The position numbers were made by a program, and so were the translations under genes. Source: Lama glama (Eukaryota). From it: a stretch of 64,000 nucleotides of DNA. This document shows positions 24,023 through 36,559 of this stretch, piece after piece; the stretch's first letter is position 1; every line of letters starts with the position of its first letter. The notes below the pieces were generated by a model that saw only the letters and a list, made by a program, of their open reading frames with translations, was not told where the DNA came from and made no database searches. The DNA lies in assembly GCA_028534125.1 (NCBI GenBank), contig CM052818.1:2978001-3042000 (forward strand), in the 5' to 3' direction.

Positions 24023-24324
24023 CAATAGTGTATGGTTTTTATCTTTGGCTATTGCATAAGAAACCTCAAAAGAGCCTTTAGACTCATATTATTAAGTTTA
24101 ATAAAATTTCCTTACAAACAGGACTGATTTTTCATGGCTTTTAACATCTCAGAAAAACTGTAGAGACCAGCCTTCACATTTTCGGTGCTTAGTTTTTAAA
24201 TACATCACTAAATGTGATGGTTTTATATTGCCCTTACCTATTATCTCAAAGCCTGCTGTAAACTTAGAGGGAGGGTCACCTTAAAGATTGTGGATGTAAA
24301 CTTGGAATTCAGATAGTCTTCTTG

Positions 24325-24683
24325 AATGAAAAAAGCCATTTGCAGTAACATGGATGGAACTAGAGATTGTCATACTAAGTCAGAAACCAACTCAGACATA
24401 GAAAATAATCCTTTGGTTACCAAAGGGGAAGGGTTGGGGAACGGATAAATTAGGAGTTTGGGATCAACAGATACACACTACTATATATAAAACAGATAAA
24501 CAACAAGGACCTACTGTATAGCACAAGGTACTATATTCAATAACTTGTAATAACCTATAATGGAAAAGAATATAGAAAAAATATATGTGTATATATATGT
24601 ACGTATGTATAACTGAATCACTATGTTGTACACCTGAAACTAACAACATTGCAAATCGACTATGCTTCAATTTTTAAAAAAAA
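24325..24683 (+). mobile_element. L1 3' end
   Basis: gccatttgcagtaacatggatggaactagag...aactgaatcactatgttgtacacctgaaac...poly(A). Confidence 0.85.
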
Positions 24684-26490
24684 GGGTCATCTTTACCAAT
24701 CTTCTCCTTTTTTTAACCAACTCCTTGTCAGATCTGATTGAATAGCTGTTGTTTTTGTTTTGTAACATGAAACAGCTCGTTCTGGAAGTAGAAATGTTGC
24801 CCTGCTACTTTTTTGTTGTTTAGTTATATTGAAATTTCAGTATTATTTTCAACCTACGGCCTCTCTTTAAGCCACTTATCCACTTTGTCAGGAGTGTTTT
24901 TAAAGTCACAAATCCATTCACGTCCCTTGCAATTGGTCTCCATATGCTAAAGTTGAACAAACGAAAGCCCGGGGATGCCATGTCAGCCTCCGTGTGGCTG
25001 TAACCCTCATTCTGCCCGCAGGACACCTCACGTGCCAGGCATGCAGGTGCTGGCGTCCATTAAATTCAAGTATATTTAATTTCTTTCTTACTTCTTGCAT
25101 CAGAAAATAAATACAAGTAGAAGTCTCAGTATGTCCTTCCTGCTCCCCAGTAGGTCACCCTTGAGGCTCTCACACCCGACTTTGGAGAGCACTAGTGTAA
25201 AACACGTAACAGTGTCACACACAGCGGGTGCCTCGTTAATGCAGAGTCTCTTCCCTAGGGGGAACATGCTTGGAAAAGGACACTTGGGAGGTCATCCAGC
25301 CCTCAGCTCTCTGGTGAATCTTGGAGGTTTATCTCTACAAGCAGGGACTCAGGGTAGAACAAAGAAGGAGATCAAGTGACAGGGGCACTTGAGGACTCTA
25401 GCACCTGGGCAAGGCTTGCATGGGACCAGAGCTGGAGGTTAAGGGATGAGAGTCACTGAGCCACCGCACTGGGACCCTCACCAAGGCCATAATCGTGAGG
25501 ATGGCCCTCAGCAGAAACAGCTCACCCAGGTGTTCTTGAAGGCAGGCTCTCCAGAAACAGAGGGAAGGCTGACAAGAGAGCACAGGTCCCCACCCAGGCA
25601 ATCTGGCTCACTGAATAGCTACCTTTAGCTGACAGGAGCATGTGGGTCCCTGCAGACAGGAGCCCCCGTTAGATTCCCAGCAACAGACAATGTCCCTAAC
25701 TCCAAAACACAGCTTTTCTTTTTTCTGACTGTTCCCTTCAAAACAAAGTAGACAGAGATGCTGCAGCCAAAGCCACCAGCCTGGGGCTTCTATGTCTGTA
25801 GACATGACCATGAGTACAGCCCGTCTTGCCTGCTGCTTCTAGGATCTGGACAAACCCCACTGGCCTCCTTCTCCTCCTTCACCCTCCTCCCTACAGAGGG
25901 GATGGAAACCAGACCTGTGGCTCCTCCAAGGGGCAGCCTGACAAGGAGTCTCTGTGCCCACACAGGAGCAGCTCTGTGCATCCAGCCGCCTGCCTGTGGC
26001 CTTTGATAAAACCACACAGGGGAAGCGTCTTTCAGGCGGCAAGCATGGCTAGCAGAGCGTTGACTGGCCTGTAGCAGTCCTGTGATGGGAAGTCGCTGCC
26101 TCCTCCCTCCAGCCCACTTGAGAAGGTACAACTTAAATAACGGCTTTCATGTTAAGCTCTGAAGTGAGCCAAGGTTTGGGAAGCTCCTGGCTTTTAAGAT
26201 GTGGCTTTCCTCCTGTTTTGAATGGTCTCCTTTGACTAACCCTAAACCCAGCTATCAATCAACAGAAATTTACTGAGCACTTACCACTTTTCGTTTCACT
26301 GCAACAAACTTTTTCTTTAAGATGCTCACTCTTACCCAGCTACGAGCAAAGCTTCAAATAAAGAGAGACAAGGTAGACAATGGGGACATGGTCCTGGGGA
26401 GGTAATGGACTGCATGGTGACTGTGGCTAACAATACTGTATCGTGTATTTGAAAGTTGCTGAGAGATAGATCTTAAAAGTTCTCATCAGA

Positions 26491-26610
26491 ATATATACAT
26501 ATGTATATCTGAATCACTATGCTGTACATCAGAAACAAACACAATATTATAAATCAACTATACTTCAATAAAGTAAATAAATTAAAAATACAGAAAAACA
26601 CGAAAAAAAA
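26491..26610 (+). mobile_element. Short younger L1 3' end
   Basis: ctgaatcactatgctgtac...aactatacttcaataaa with an A tail and a degenerate TSD (aagttctcatca / atgtttccatca). Confidence 0.7.
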
Positions 26611-26673
26611 TGTTTCCATCACAAGAAAAAAAAAATGTGTAATTATATGTGCTTTGGATGTCAACTAAACTTA

Positions 26674-28330
26674 CAGCAGTCCCCCCTTATCCACGGGGAG
26701 ATACATCCCAAGGCCCCAGGGGATGCCTGAAACCACAGATAATACCAAACGCAATATATATGACTTTTCCCTGTTCATACATGCCTGTGATAAAGTTTAA
26801 TTTATAAATTAGGCACAGTAGGAGAGTTAAGATAATAGCTAATAATAAAGTAGAACAATTATAACAATATACTGCAATAAAAATTATGTGAATGTGATCT
26901 CTCTCTCTCTTGCAAATATCTTGTACAAATTTAATGCCTTTTCTATCTTAACTAAGCACTTATCATGCACTGTGGCCTTCACTTTTGTAGTTTGAGGTGC
27001 AACAACAAAACAAGCATGAATCTCTTTTTTCTTCACAATTTCACAGAAAGAAGATCCATTCTTTAAATGCTGGAGAGGGTGCAGAGAACAGGGGACCCTC
27101 CTACACTGTTGATGGGAATGTAGTTGGGTGCAGCCATTATGTAAAACAGTATGGAGATTACTTAAAAGACTGAAAATAGCCTTATCATATGATTCAGCAG
27201 TCCCACTCCTGGGCGTATATCCAGAGGAAGCTCTAATTCGAAAAGATACATACACCCCAGTGTTCACAGCAGCACTATTCACAATAGCCAAGACATGGAA
27301 GCAACTTAAATCTCCATATAGAGATGACTGGATAAAGAAGGTGTGGTATATACATACAATGGAATACTACTCAGCCATAAAAAAGAATGAAATCATGCCA
27401 TTTGCAGCAATATAGATGGACCTGGAGATTGTCACACTAAGTGAAGTAAGCCAGAAAGAGAAAGAAAAATACCATATGATATCACTTATATGTGGAATCT
27501 TGGGAAAAAAGACATAAATGAACTTATTTATAAAACAGAGTCAGAATCACAGGCATAGAAAACAAATTTATGGTCACCAGAGGGAAAAGGGGATGGGGAG
27601 GGATAAACAGGGAGTTCAGGATTTGCAGATACTGATTACTGTATATAAAATAGATAAACAACAAGATATGACTGTATAGCACTGAGAACTATATTCAATA
27701 TTTTGTAATGGCCTATAATGAAAAACTGTATCTATAGATATAGATATAGATATAGATAAATGAATCACTATGCTGTACACCAGAAGTTAACACAACATTG
27801 TAAGTGGATTATACTTCAATTAAAAATAAAAAATAAAATAAAATTAGGATAAATAGCAGATCTTACCCCCAAAAAAAAAAATCCATTCTTACCGTAGACC
27901 TTAGCAACCTCACCATACGATTTTTTTTCTTTCCTGATTAAGTTGAGAACTTTCACCTTTGCACTTAAGTGAAGCACTTTACACTTTCTCTTTGGCATAT
28001 CCAAATTGCCAGCATCGCCGCTCTTGAGCTTTGAGGCCACTATTAAGTAAAATAAAGGTTACTTTAACACAAGCGTTGCAATATCCTGACAGTCGATCTG
28101 ATCTGTTGACCAAGATGGCTAGTAAGTGACTACGGGGCAGGATATGCTGGACAAAGGGATGATTCACGTCCCAGGACAACGCAAGATTTCATCATGCTAC
28201 TCAGAATGGTGTGCAATTTAAAACTCATGAATTGTTTATTTCTGGGATTTTCCATTTAATATTTTCAGCCCACGGTTGACCAAGGGTAACAGCCCAGAGA
28301 AGGCAAAACTACAGATAAGGGGTACTACTG
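26674..28330 (-). mobile_element. MER44/Tigger7-type Tc1/mariner (pogo) element with a transposase N-terminal remnant
   Basis: Terminal inverted repeats cagcagtccccccttatcc / gataaggggtactactg, TA at the left end. The minus-strand peptides MASKLKSGDAGNLDMPKRKCKVLHLSAKVKVLNLIRKEKKSYGEVAKVYGKNG and [25 protein letters not shown] form a CENP-B-like HTH region split by an L1. Confidence 0.85.
27064..27880 (+). mobile_element. 5'-truncated L1 inserted in MER44
   Basis: ORF2 C-terminal peptide ([16 protein letters not shown]...MPFAA), 3'UTR and poly(A); TSD atccattctt at 27054-27063 and 27881-27890. Confidence 0.92.
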
Positions 28331-28448
28331 TGTTGTGGTAATCATCTCACAATAGACACGTATCTCAAATCATTCTGTTGTACACCTAAAACTAAATACA
28401 ATGTCATATGCCAATTACATCTCAATTTTTAATTAAAAATTTAATACA

Positions 28449-28575
28449 GGGGAGGGTATAGCTCAGTAGTTGAAGGCATGGGTTCAAACCCCAGTACTTT
28501 CATTAATAAATTAATAAATAAATAAATAAATACCCTTTACACACACACAAAGAAAAATTTAAAAAATTTTTTAAG
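28449..28575 (+). mobile_element. Internally deleted vic-1-like SINE
   Basis: ggggagggtatagctcag...gggttcaaaccccagtac plus (aaat)n. Confidence 0.8.
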
Positions 28576-28642
28576 AAAAAGCATCAAACTCCAGAGCTAG
28601 AAAAGACTGTGGCTTAACTTTTGTTTTAAAGATGACAAAATA

Positions 28643-28790
28643 AGGGGGGTATGTTCATGCTTAACATACGCACGGTCCTGGCTTCCATCCCCAGCACCTC
28701 CTCTAAAAATAAATAAATAAATCAAGTAAACCTAATTACCTCCCCCCATCAAAAGATTTTTTTAATAAATAAATAAATTGGGGGAAAAAA
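28643..28790 (+). mobile_element. vic-1-like SINE (A box deleted)
   Basis: catgcttaacatacgcacggtcctgg...cctaattacctcccccc tail. Confidence 0.8.
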
Positions 28791-29025
28791 TAGAGGCCCA
28801 AAAGACTTACTAACATGCCCAAGGGCTTCCAGCTAGTCCCAGCTAGTAAATAGCATTAGAAGTTGAATTATAGATTCTTAGAGTTAGGAGGGACCTCTTA
28901 GTATGTTTCATCCAACCGGACACTGCTGATTCCTGGTTCCTTCCCCAAGATATGCCAATGCAGGAGGTCTGGGGAAGGCCCAGGGATCCTCATTTTTAAC
29001 AGCCTCTCCTCAACTGCACCCCCCT

Positions 29026-29052
29026 ACACACACATACACACACACACACACA
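29026..29052. repeat. (CA)n microsatellite
   Basis: acacacacatacacacacacacacaca. Confidence 0.9.
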
Positions 29053-29620
29053 GAGCTGATTCTGCTGCCGATGGCACTCAAACATTGGTCAAGTCCAAAT
29101 TTCCAGCAAATGCCAGATTTCCAGGAAGCCATGCCACCTGTGCTGAAGCAAGTTCAGTGATAAGACAATACACACTTCCTGAGAAGCCAGCACATTTCAC
29201 TGCCGGATGGCTCTTAGCATTAGACAGTTCTTCCTTCTGTAAGAGCGTTGCAGGGAAGAGCTTTCAGGTCCTGAGAAGACATGTGCGCAGGCAATGAGAT
29301 GAGAGTGTAGTGTGAGGCCACATGCAGAAGGGAGGAGACAAGACTTCCAAGACAAGGCTCCGGGCCCAGATTGCTGGGGACCCTCATGGCGAATGAAACA
29401 AGCGCCAATTGCCATTCGGGTCCCATAAGCATTCTCAGGACCCCGTGGGTCATCTATCCTCAAAAGCAGACATTTTCTCTTTCCAAGACAGAAAACGTGG
29501 GTTAATTTGTTATCATCCATGATTAATATGCATATAATTTACAAATAAGTATGCACTGATTGGAAAGGTGCTGAAAATATTTTACTGATACAGATGAACA
29601 ACTTTTAAAATTTGGAGAGT

Positions 29621-29706
29621 TGGGGTGGATAGCTCAGTGGTAGAGCCTGTGCTTGGCTTGTGTGAGGTCTTGGGTTCAATCTCCAGTACCTCCATTTTTT
29701 AAAAAA
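29621..29706 (+). mobile_element. vic-1-like SINE with TSD
   Basis: TSD ttaaaatttgg at 29605-29615 and 29707-29717. Confidence 0.88.
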
Positions 29707-31062
29707 TTAAAATTTGGGATGTAGACCTTTAGAGCAATAATGAGTGAAACTAACCAATCTTTCACATAAGACTTAGCATTCAGAGACAGCGAGGCTGGCC
29801 TTCCTAAGTCATCTTTGCTTAGGAGAAGCTTCCTTGGGTATTTCAGTCAGACCTGGCTGCAAGACCCTTCACTAGCCCTGGCTGTGTTTGATAGATGAGA
29901 TGAGATGGTATGTGGCTAAGACCCAGGGCGACTTACCTCCATCACAAGTTCTTAAAGAAACCACACAGCAGAACATGCCAGGAACAATAATTCTCTCTAG
30001 CTATTTATTCAAAATATGTCTATTGAGTACCTACTATGTACCGTCACCGAAGATTTAGTGACTCAGGGAAGACAGAAAAAGTCTCCACTCTCATGAGCTC
30101 ACATTCCAGTAGAGGAAGCAGGTGACAAACAACAAATATGCAATATGATGTTTATACAGTGTAAGTGCCAGAGAAAAAATAAAGGAGAATCAGGGGGCAG
30201 CAAGCCATGGACATGGTGACTATCTCAGATAGAACGGTCAGGGAAGGTTCCACTGATAAGTTAATTCTTAAGATTTGAACGAAATGAAGGCATGAGATAT
30301 GAGATAATATGGGGCAAGCATATTCCAGACAAAAAACACAGCCATGCAAAGACCCCACAGAAGGAATGCTTGGGTTTGAAGAGAACAATGAGGCTAGTGG
30401 GTCAGAGGGCAGGGAGGGGAAGCAGATAAGATCAGAAAGACTGGAGGGGTTGGGTTAAGGTCAGCGAAATGAGGTAAGGAGTTTGGATTTTATTTCAAGT
30501 GGTAGGGGAAGCCACTGGAGAGTTTTGAGCAGAGGAGCATTGTATATTTTAAACTAGGATTTACGTTTTAAAAGATAATTGTTAGCTAATATGTGGAAAA
30601 TTAACCACAAAGGAGCAAGAATGAACAAAGAGAGACAAGTATAGAGGTTATTGCAATTGTCTCAGCAAGAATCAGGGTGGTTCAGACCAAGATGGGATCA
30701 GTGGAAGTGATGGGAAGTGGTCAGGCTGGGGATGACTAATTTAGAGTCGGCAGAATTTGCCAATAGTTTGGATTGTGTGGTATGAGGAAAAGAGAGGAAT
30801 CAAGGATGGTTAACTCACCCAGGCCAGTGAATAGTGGAATAGTGAGTAATGAATGGCAGAGTCATTTCCTGAGACAGGGATGACTAGGGAAGGAATGCGC
30901 TGGGGGAACGGTTTTAGGCTTGTTAAGTTTGAGACATCTTTAGTTGTTGAATAGATAATTGTATATATGAGTCTTGCTCAGGAAAGAGGTCAGACTAGAA
31001 GTATAAATTTAGGAGTCATCAACACAAAGATGGCATTTAACACCATAAGACTAGTACATCAC

Positions 31063-31841
31063 TCATCAAGACAGCATGGTATTGGTACCAAAACAGACAT
31101 ATAGACCAATGGAACAGAACAGAGAGCCCAGAAATGAACCCACAAACTTTTGGTCAACTCATCTTCGACAAAGGAGGCAAGAATATACAGTGGAATAAAN
31201 NNNNNNNNNNNNNNNNNNNNNNNNNNNNNNNNNNNNNNNNNNNNNNNNNNNNNNNNNNNNNNNNNNNNNNNNNNNNNNNNNNNNNNNNNNNNNNNNNNNN
31301 NNNNNNNNNNNNNNNNNNNNNNNNNNNNNNNNNNNNNNNNNNNNNNNNNNNNNNNNNNNNNNNNNNNNNNNNNNNNNNNNNNNNNNNNNNNNNNNNNNNN
31401 NNNNNNNNNNNNNNNNNNNNNNNNNNNNNNNNNNNNNNNNNNNNNNNNNNNNNNNNNNNNNNNNNNNNNNNNNNNNNNNNNNNNNNNNNNNNNNNNNNNN
31501 NNNNNNNNNNNNNNNNNNNNNNNNNNNNNNNNNNNNNNNNNNNNNNNNNNNNNNNNNNNNNNNNNNNNNNNNNNNNNNNNNNNNNNNNNNNNNNNNNNNN
31601 NNNNNNNNNNNNNNNNNNNNNNNNNNNNNNNNNNNNNNNNNNNNNNNNNNNNNNNNNNNNNNNNNNNNNNNNNNNNNNNNNNNNNNNNNNNNNNNNNNNA
31701 TGTTATGATAACTCACAGAGAAAAAAATGTGACAATGAGTGTGTATATGTCCATGAATGACTGAAAAATTGTGCTGAACACTGGAATTTGACACAACATT
31801 GTAAAATGATTATAAATCAATAAAAAATGTTAAAAAAAAAA
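31063..31841 (+). mobile_element. Young 5'-truncated L1 spanning the assembly gap
   Basis: Intact ORF2 peptide [45 protein letters not shown] before the gap, 3'UTR and poly(A) after it; TSD aagactagta(a)catcac at 31047-31062 and 31842-31858. Confidence 0.92.
31200..31699. other. Assembly gap (500 N)
   Basis: Run of exactly 500 n. Confidence 1.
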
Positions 31842-34800
31842 AAGACTAGTAACATCACCCTGGGAATAAAATAGGCCAAGAACTGAATCCTAAGATCTCC
31901 AGCATCTGGGCGTCTGAAAGAGGGGGAACCGACAAAGGAGACCAAGAAGAAGCTTCCGGCAAGAAAGGAGGAAAGCCAGGAGAGAGTAGTGTCATGTACA
32001 GAAACTGCTACAAGAAAGAGAGAGTGATTAACTGTGTCCAAAGATGCCAAACAGCTAGTCAGATGTGGACTGAAAAATTAAACTTAGGATTTGGCAAGAT
32101 GGAAGTCACCAGTGATGTAGAGAAGACTCCTTTCCATGGAGTTGTGGGGATAAAAGTCAATTAAAGTGGGCTGGGCTGAAAACAGGATACAGGACGTGAG
32201 GAAGGAGAGACAGTATTAAACAAACTCTTTGAGACGTTGTATCAAAAAGGAGGGTGGACGTGGGGCAATATCAAGAGGGGATTTTTTTAAAGGGGTTTTG
32301 TTTAATTTGGGAGATATCCCAGTATATTTATTTGCTGATAAGAATAATTCAGTAACAAGGGTAACATTTTAAGGACAGAGGAGAGAGAAGTGACAATTAC
32401 AGTGGGTCAGAGGGGATGAGCTCCAGAGCATGAGTGACGCTGGCCCTAGAGAGAAGAAAGAGATCATTTCTCTACTGCACCAGAAGCAAAAGCAGAATTG
32501 ATGGAGACAGATGCAGGCAGACTGGTTGATCTGACGACAGGAAGATGAGATACTGTTCTTTTTCATCAGTGAAATAGAGATGAGGTTGCCAACTGAGAAC
32601 AAGAAGGGAGAGGGAATGTCCGACTTTAAGGAGACAGAGAGGTGTACAAAGGTCCTCTTGGAGATCGAACAAATGCACTGAAAAGAAAACCGGCAGGACC
32701 TCTGGGGAGCAAGCACTAAGAGACCTCTTGAGATCTGTGGTCATACATGCAAGCAAGAACATTCAGTATGGCTGTGGGACTTCCCTTCAGCCATATCTGC
32801 TGCTTGGGAGTGGAGCAGGTAGAGAGATGAGTTTCTCCAGGGTTGGGTTTTAGCCTGGAGACTAGTCGGGAGTGAGTGAAGAACAAAGGAATTGTGTTTG
32901 CAGGAGTACAGACCTTGGAATGTATGTTGGATAAGGAAGTAAATTAGACTATGAGAAGGAAGATCGGCAGTGTAAAAGTCACAGAGATTGGAGGTTTCCA
33001 TGGATTTGAAGAATCACTGACATCAGGGTAATCAGGCAAATGATCTGGAAAGATAGATGGTCATGGTACAGAGAGTTGGATGCTGACATCTAGATTTTAG
33101 GAGATGGTCCAGCCATTGGTGATGATGACATTTCAGGCAGGACCATGAGAAAAGATGGCTGGTGGGGGTGGTGAGGAAGATTACAGAGTCAAGAAACTGA
33201 GAGGCCAGGGGAGAGGTGAATCATCCATGTAGACGCTGAAGTCACCGAGGATGCTGATGAGAGCAGTACTGGAGGAGAAGACAGTGACTGAGCTGCTAAA
33301 GTCCTAGTGAAGAAGATGTGCAGGTGACTTTAAGAAGGAGGGACAGCCTGTGAGCAGAGTCTGATGGCTCCACAGAAACTGGGGTTTTTTGAGGAAGGAG
33401 GAGGCAGAAACTGCCTGGAGTGGCATGAGGAGCAAAGAGCATATATACTACCTGGCCTGTGGGTCCTGTGTATCGACCTGAGAAAGGTACAAAAAGAACA
33501 CTGTGAAAACAGCCAGTTTCATTAACCAAAGCAGAGGTTGGAAACCCAGGCATTTTTCGGGTGACAGACCAAGATCTAGAAGGTGCAGTAGGAGGATCGG
33601 AAGCAGAGAGGGGTGGGAGACTGATCAGTTTGGGAGTAGACAGAGCTGCCTTGGGGACGCAGGCTTTCTGGGTGGTGATCCCCTGGGAGTCATGGACCCC
33701 GGTGGGGGCTGCCACGAACAGGAAGGCAGGCTGATGGGACTGTTCCTCGTATCTTCAAGGGCAGCTGGGCTTCCGTCTCGGGACTGGTCTCCCACAGGCT
33801 TTGTAGTAGCAAATCAGGCTTGTTAGGCAGTGGGGAGTGGTGGTCGTCTCATTCACCAAGAATGCACCATCCTGTCCGCCTCTCCAAATCATCGTATTTA
33901 ATAACACTTTTGCTCCAAGCTCCAGTTGGTGTCCTTGTGAGCTGGACTGGTCTGTGTGCAGCTACAAAGCTCCAGCTCTGAGCCCAAGGTCCAGTTTTAG
34001 AACCAAATGGAGCTGCCTCCTGGACCTTTTATCCCAACACCCACATCTTAGAAAGAAAGAGAGGGAAAGAGAGAGCTCTCTCTTAAAGTCAAAGTAGAAC
34101 CACTTCAGGTTCTCGCAGCTTCCGGGGCTGGCAGCAGCTGCCAGAGCATCTTCTCAGACAGATCCCTCAAGAACAAGCCTCATCCACGGAGAGGCCAGGG
34201 CCCTACCAGGAAGGCCTTGTAAGTTCCTTGCCCGTGATCCACATCCCAGGGGGAATGCCTGAGGTGGGAGACGGAATGTTGAGCATGGCCCAGAGGACAA
34301 AAGCATTACCATTTTCTTGCATATTTAATACCTAGGCTCATGGAACAAAACACAGTGTCCTGGTGCAAAGGACAGTGGGTGACACCATAGCTGCTGCTGT
34401 CAGGTCAGTCCAAGATGATGCGCTGGAGGCATCTCAGCTGCCAAACTCACATGTGCCAGAAATATCCCTTTCTGTATTTTTTTATAACTCAGCTTTTATC
34501 CCATGCCCCCTTTCCAATAGGATGGCAGGAAATTTAACTTGGTTATCCTCAGTGACTTCTTCTCCAGGGTTATGTCAGAGTTTCAGGATTTTAAGCAATC
34601 TGTTTGGTGGCATTTCTGGGGTGGGTGCGGAGGAACCCATCAGTTATCAGCCACCTGTTCCCACAGGCCTTTGGATCCACGGATTCCCAGCTGAGACTGC
34701 ACCTCACACAGGGCAAGAAACTCTTTTTTGGCACACACCTAAAGGTCCATGTGCCCAGAGTTCCCCACAGCCTTTCTCTGGGGTCTGGATATTTCCTAGT

Positions 34801-35939
34801 TAACGGCCATGAAGAGAGAGTCTCATCTCCAGCCACTCTCTCCGTTTTCTGCCCCCTGTCAGTTTGGAAAAATCTCTAGCGTGGGAGAGGATACCAGTCT
34901 CCCGTGATTGCGCCCCGAATCCCCCATCTCCCTTTGAGCTTCTTAGACTGTTCTTCTAAAGCATTAAGCTTTCTGAAAACTGCTTGCCTCAGTGTAGGTG
35001 AGACAGAGGGGATACACCGGGAAGAAAAAACCAAGATCTGCAAATGTTACCCAGCTTCTATCCACTACATCGTATAACACATTGAACTTGATGTCATCAA
35101 AATCCCTCAGATCTTTTCCAAGCGCATGGTTGTGAAGAGTTATCCCCCACATCATACTGATTTTTTTAATGAAATAAATAACTTAACATTTTACTCTTTT
35201 AAATGGCATCCAATTACTTTCAGTCAACTATTAGGATGGACTTCAAGCTTCATTCTGTGACTCAACATAGCATACAAACCGCCATTCTATTCTACTGCCT
35301 CTATTCTAAGATGCAGGATTTTTCACATTTTAATGCTGTGGAAATCAATTTATATCTTACTATCAATGTTAAAAGAAACCTAAGCAGCCATCAGGCACAG
35401 AAATAAATTAAAAGGCTGTTGTTATTGGCCATGCATGTGGGAAATAATTCATGCATAGAAGCATTTGTTCATCTGACTATTGTTTCAGTTGAATATTCAC
35501 ATTTTTAGTGCCGTTCACTCTTTTAAGTTAAATCTGTATCCCTAATTACCAATTTAAATACCTTTGAAAAGATTACATTATGATGAAGCTCTGAAGCAGA
35601 AAGCTGTGTGACACAGACCTTTTCCTGTCATGTACAAAGCAGCTCAGTTAAATAGCCCCTCAGAATAAATTCTAAAGTGTTCAAAGTCAAGAGAGAGGAG
35701 AGGGGTCAAGTCACATCTTGTGAAGAATTATCCATCTGGTGCTGATCATCTATCTGTCAAAAGCTCCCAAATGATTTTCAAAAGACATTTTTAGTTTTTC
35801 ATAATTTGAACTCAACAGAATAGAGTTTAACTAAATCAGGAAAGTTAATTAATAGATATTCTTCGATGCCTCTCACATTTACCTTCTTAGTCCTCAAGGT
35901 CCAAGATCTCCAATTATCCACCACCACCACCACCATACC

Positions 35940-36350
35940 ACCTTGACGGTACATTCTCTTTGGCCTTAAACAATGATGGTGCCCCATCCCCAGACAGAGA
36001 TTGGGTTCAGGATGGGTTAGTGACCCCGTTCTTGCAGTGAGGAAGAAAAAAAGCCATGGGGCTTCTAAGAAGAGTCATCCTTCCTAAGGAAGAAAAAAAA
36101 AAAACTGAGAGACAGCTCCTTTCTTTTTGGACACTGCTATTTTTGGATGCAATGCTGGAACCACTTCATTCAACTGCCGGCAGCCTGAAGGGGAAGCCAG
36201 TACAGTCAGAAAAGCTGAGCAGAAAAACGGGCACAAGCTGCAACCTTGGTGACATTGTTGAATAGCTGAATCAACCAGCCCTGAAGCTTGTTTGACCTCA
36301 GAACTTCCAGATACTTAAGATGATAAATTTCCTGATTGCTTAAGCTGGTA
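35940..36350 (+). mobile_element. Old MLT1-like LTR fragment
   Basis: gattgggttcaggatggg...cttggtgacattgttgaatagctgaatcaaccagccctgaag...gataaatttcctgattgcttaagc. Confidence 0.5.
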
Positions 36351-36559
36351 AGTAGGAGGAGTAGGGGAGCTCATCACTGTGACTATTGTCCATGGATCAG
36401 AGTGATTTAGAAGAGCCATTAAATTCTGAATGGAACATAAGGTTTTATTCTGGTTTTCAAAAATCTGATATCACATTAATGGCACAGCTCATACTTGGTG
36501 GTGTCTTAGGATCAAGGGAATACAGCACATTGGCAGTGCTGCTCAGAATAAGACAATGC

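Larger units (their letters stand above)
26395..28440 (+). mobile_element. L1MA9-like 3'UTR host, broken by nested insertions
   Basis: gcatggtgactgtggctaacaatactgtat...aactaaactta | ttgtggtaatcat...tacatctcaat is colinear once the inserts are removed. Confidence 0.75.
30000..33480 (-). mobile_element. Long decayed L2 LINE, interrupted by L1
   Basis: Begins with the reverse L2 tail (tattcaaaatatgtctattgagtacctactatgt). Purine-rich L2 motifs (ggaagccactggagagttttgagcagag, gaggaatcaaggatg, tttaggagtcatca); minus-strand RT-like remnant LDTVNHSLFL. Confidence 0.75.

Noticed and set aside
24272..24693. Possible TSD agggtca[c/t]ctt enclosing an L1 plus about 40 nt of extra 5' sequence
   Set aside because: An 11-bp imperfect match away from the L1 junction could be chance.
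26884..28040. Transposase-like ORFs as a domesticated TIGD/CENP-B-type gene
   Set aside because: Only the N-terminal HTH part is present, it is split by an L1 and there is no DDE domain; this is a non-autonomous MER44 relic.
31134..31794. ORFs of 204-211 aa in the ORF track
   Set aside because: Artefacts of translating through the 500-N gap.
35300..35650. Possible ancient Tigger-like DNA transposon fragment (attctaagatgcagg...ttcacattttaat)
   Set aside because: The resemblance is too weak to name a family or set boundaries.
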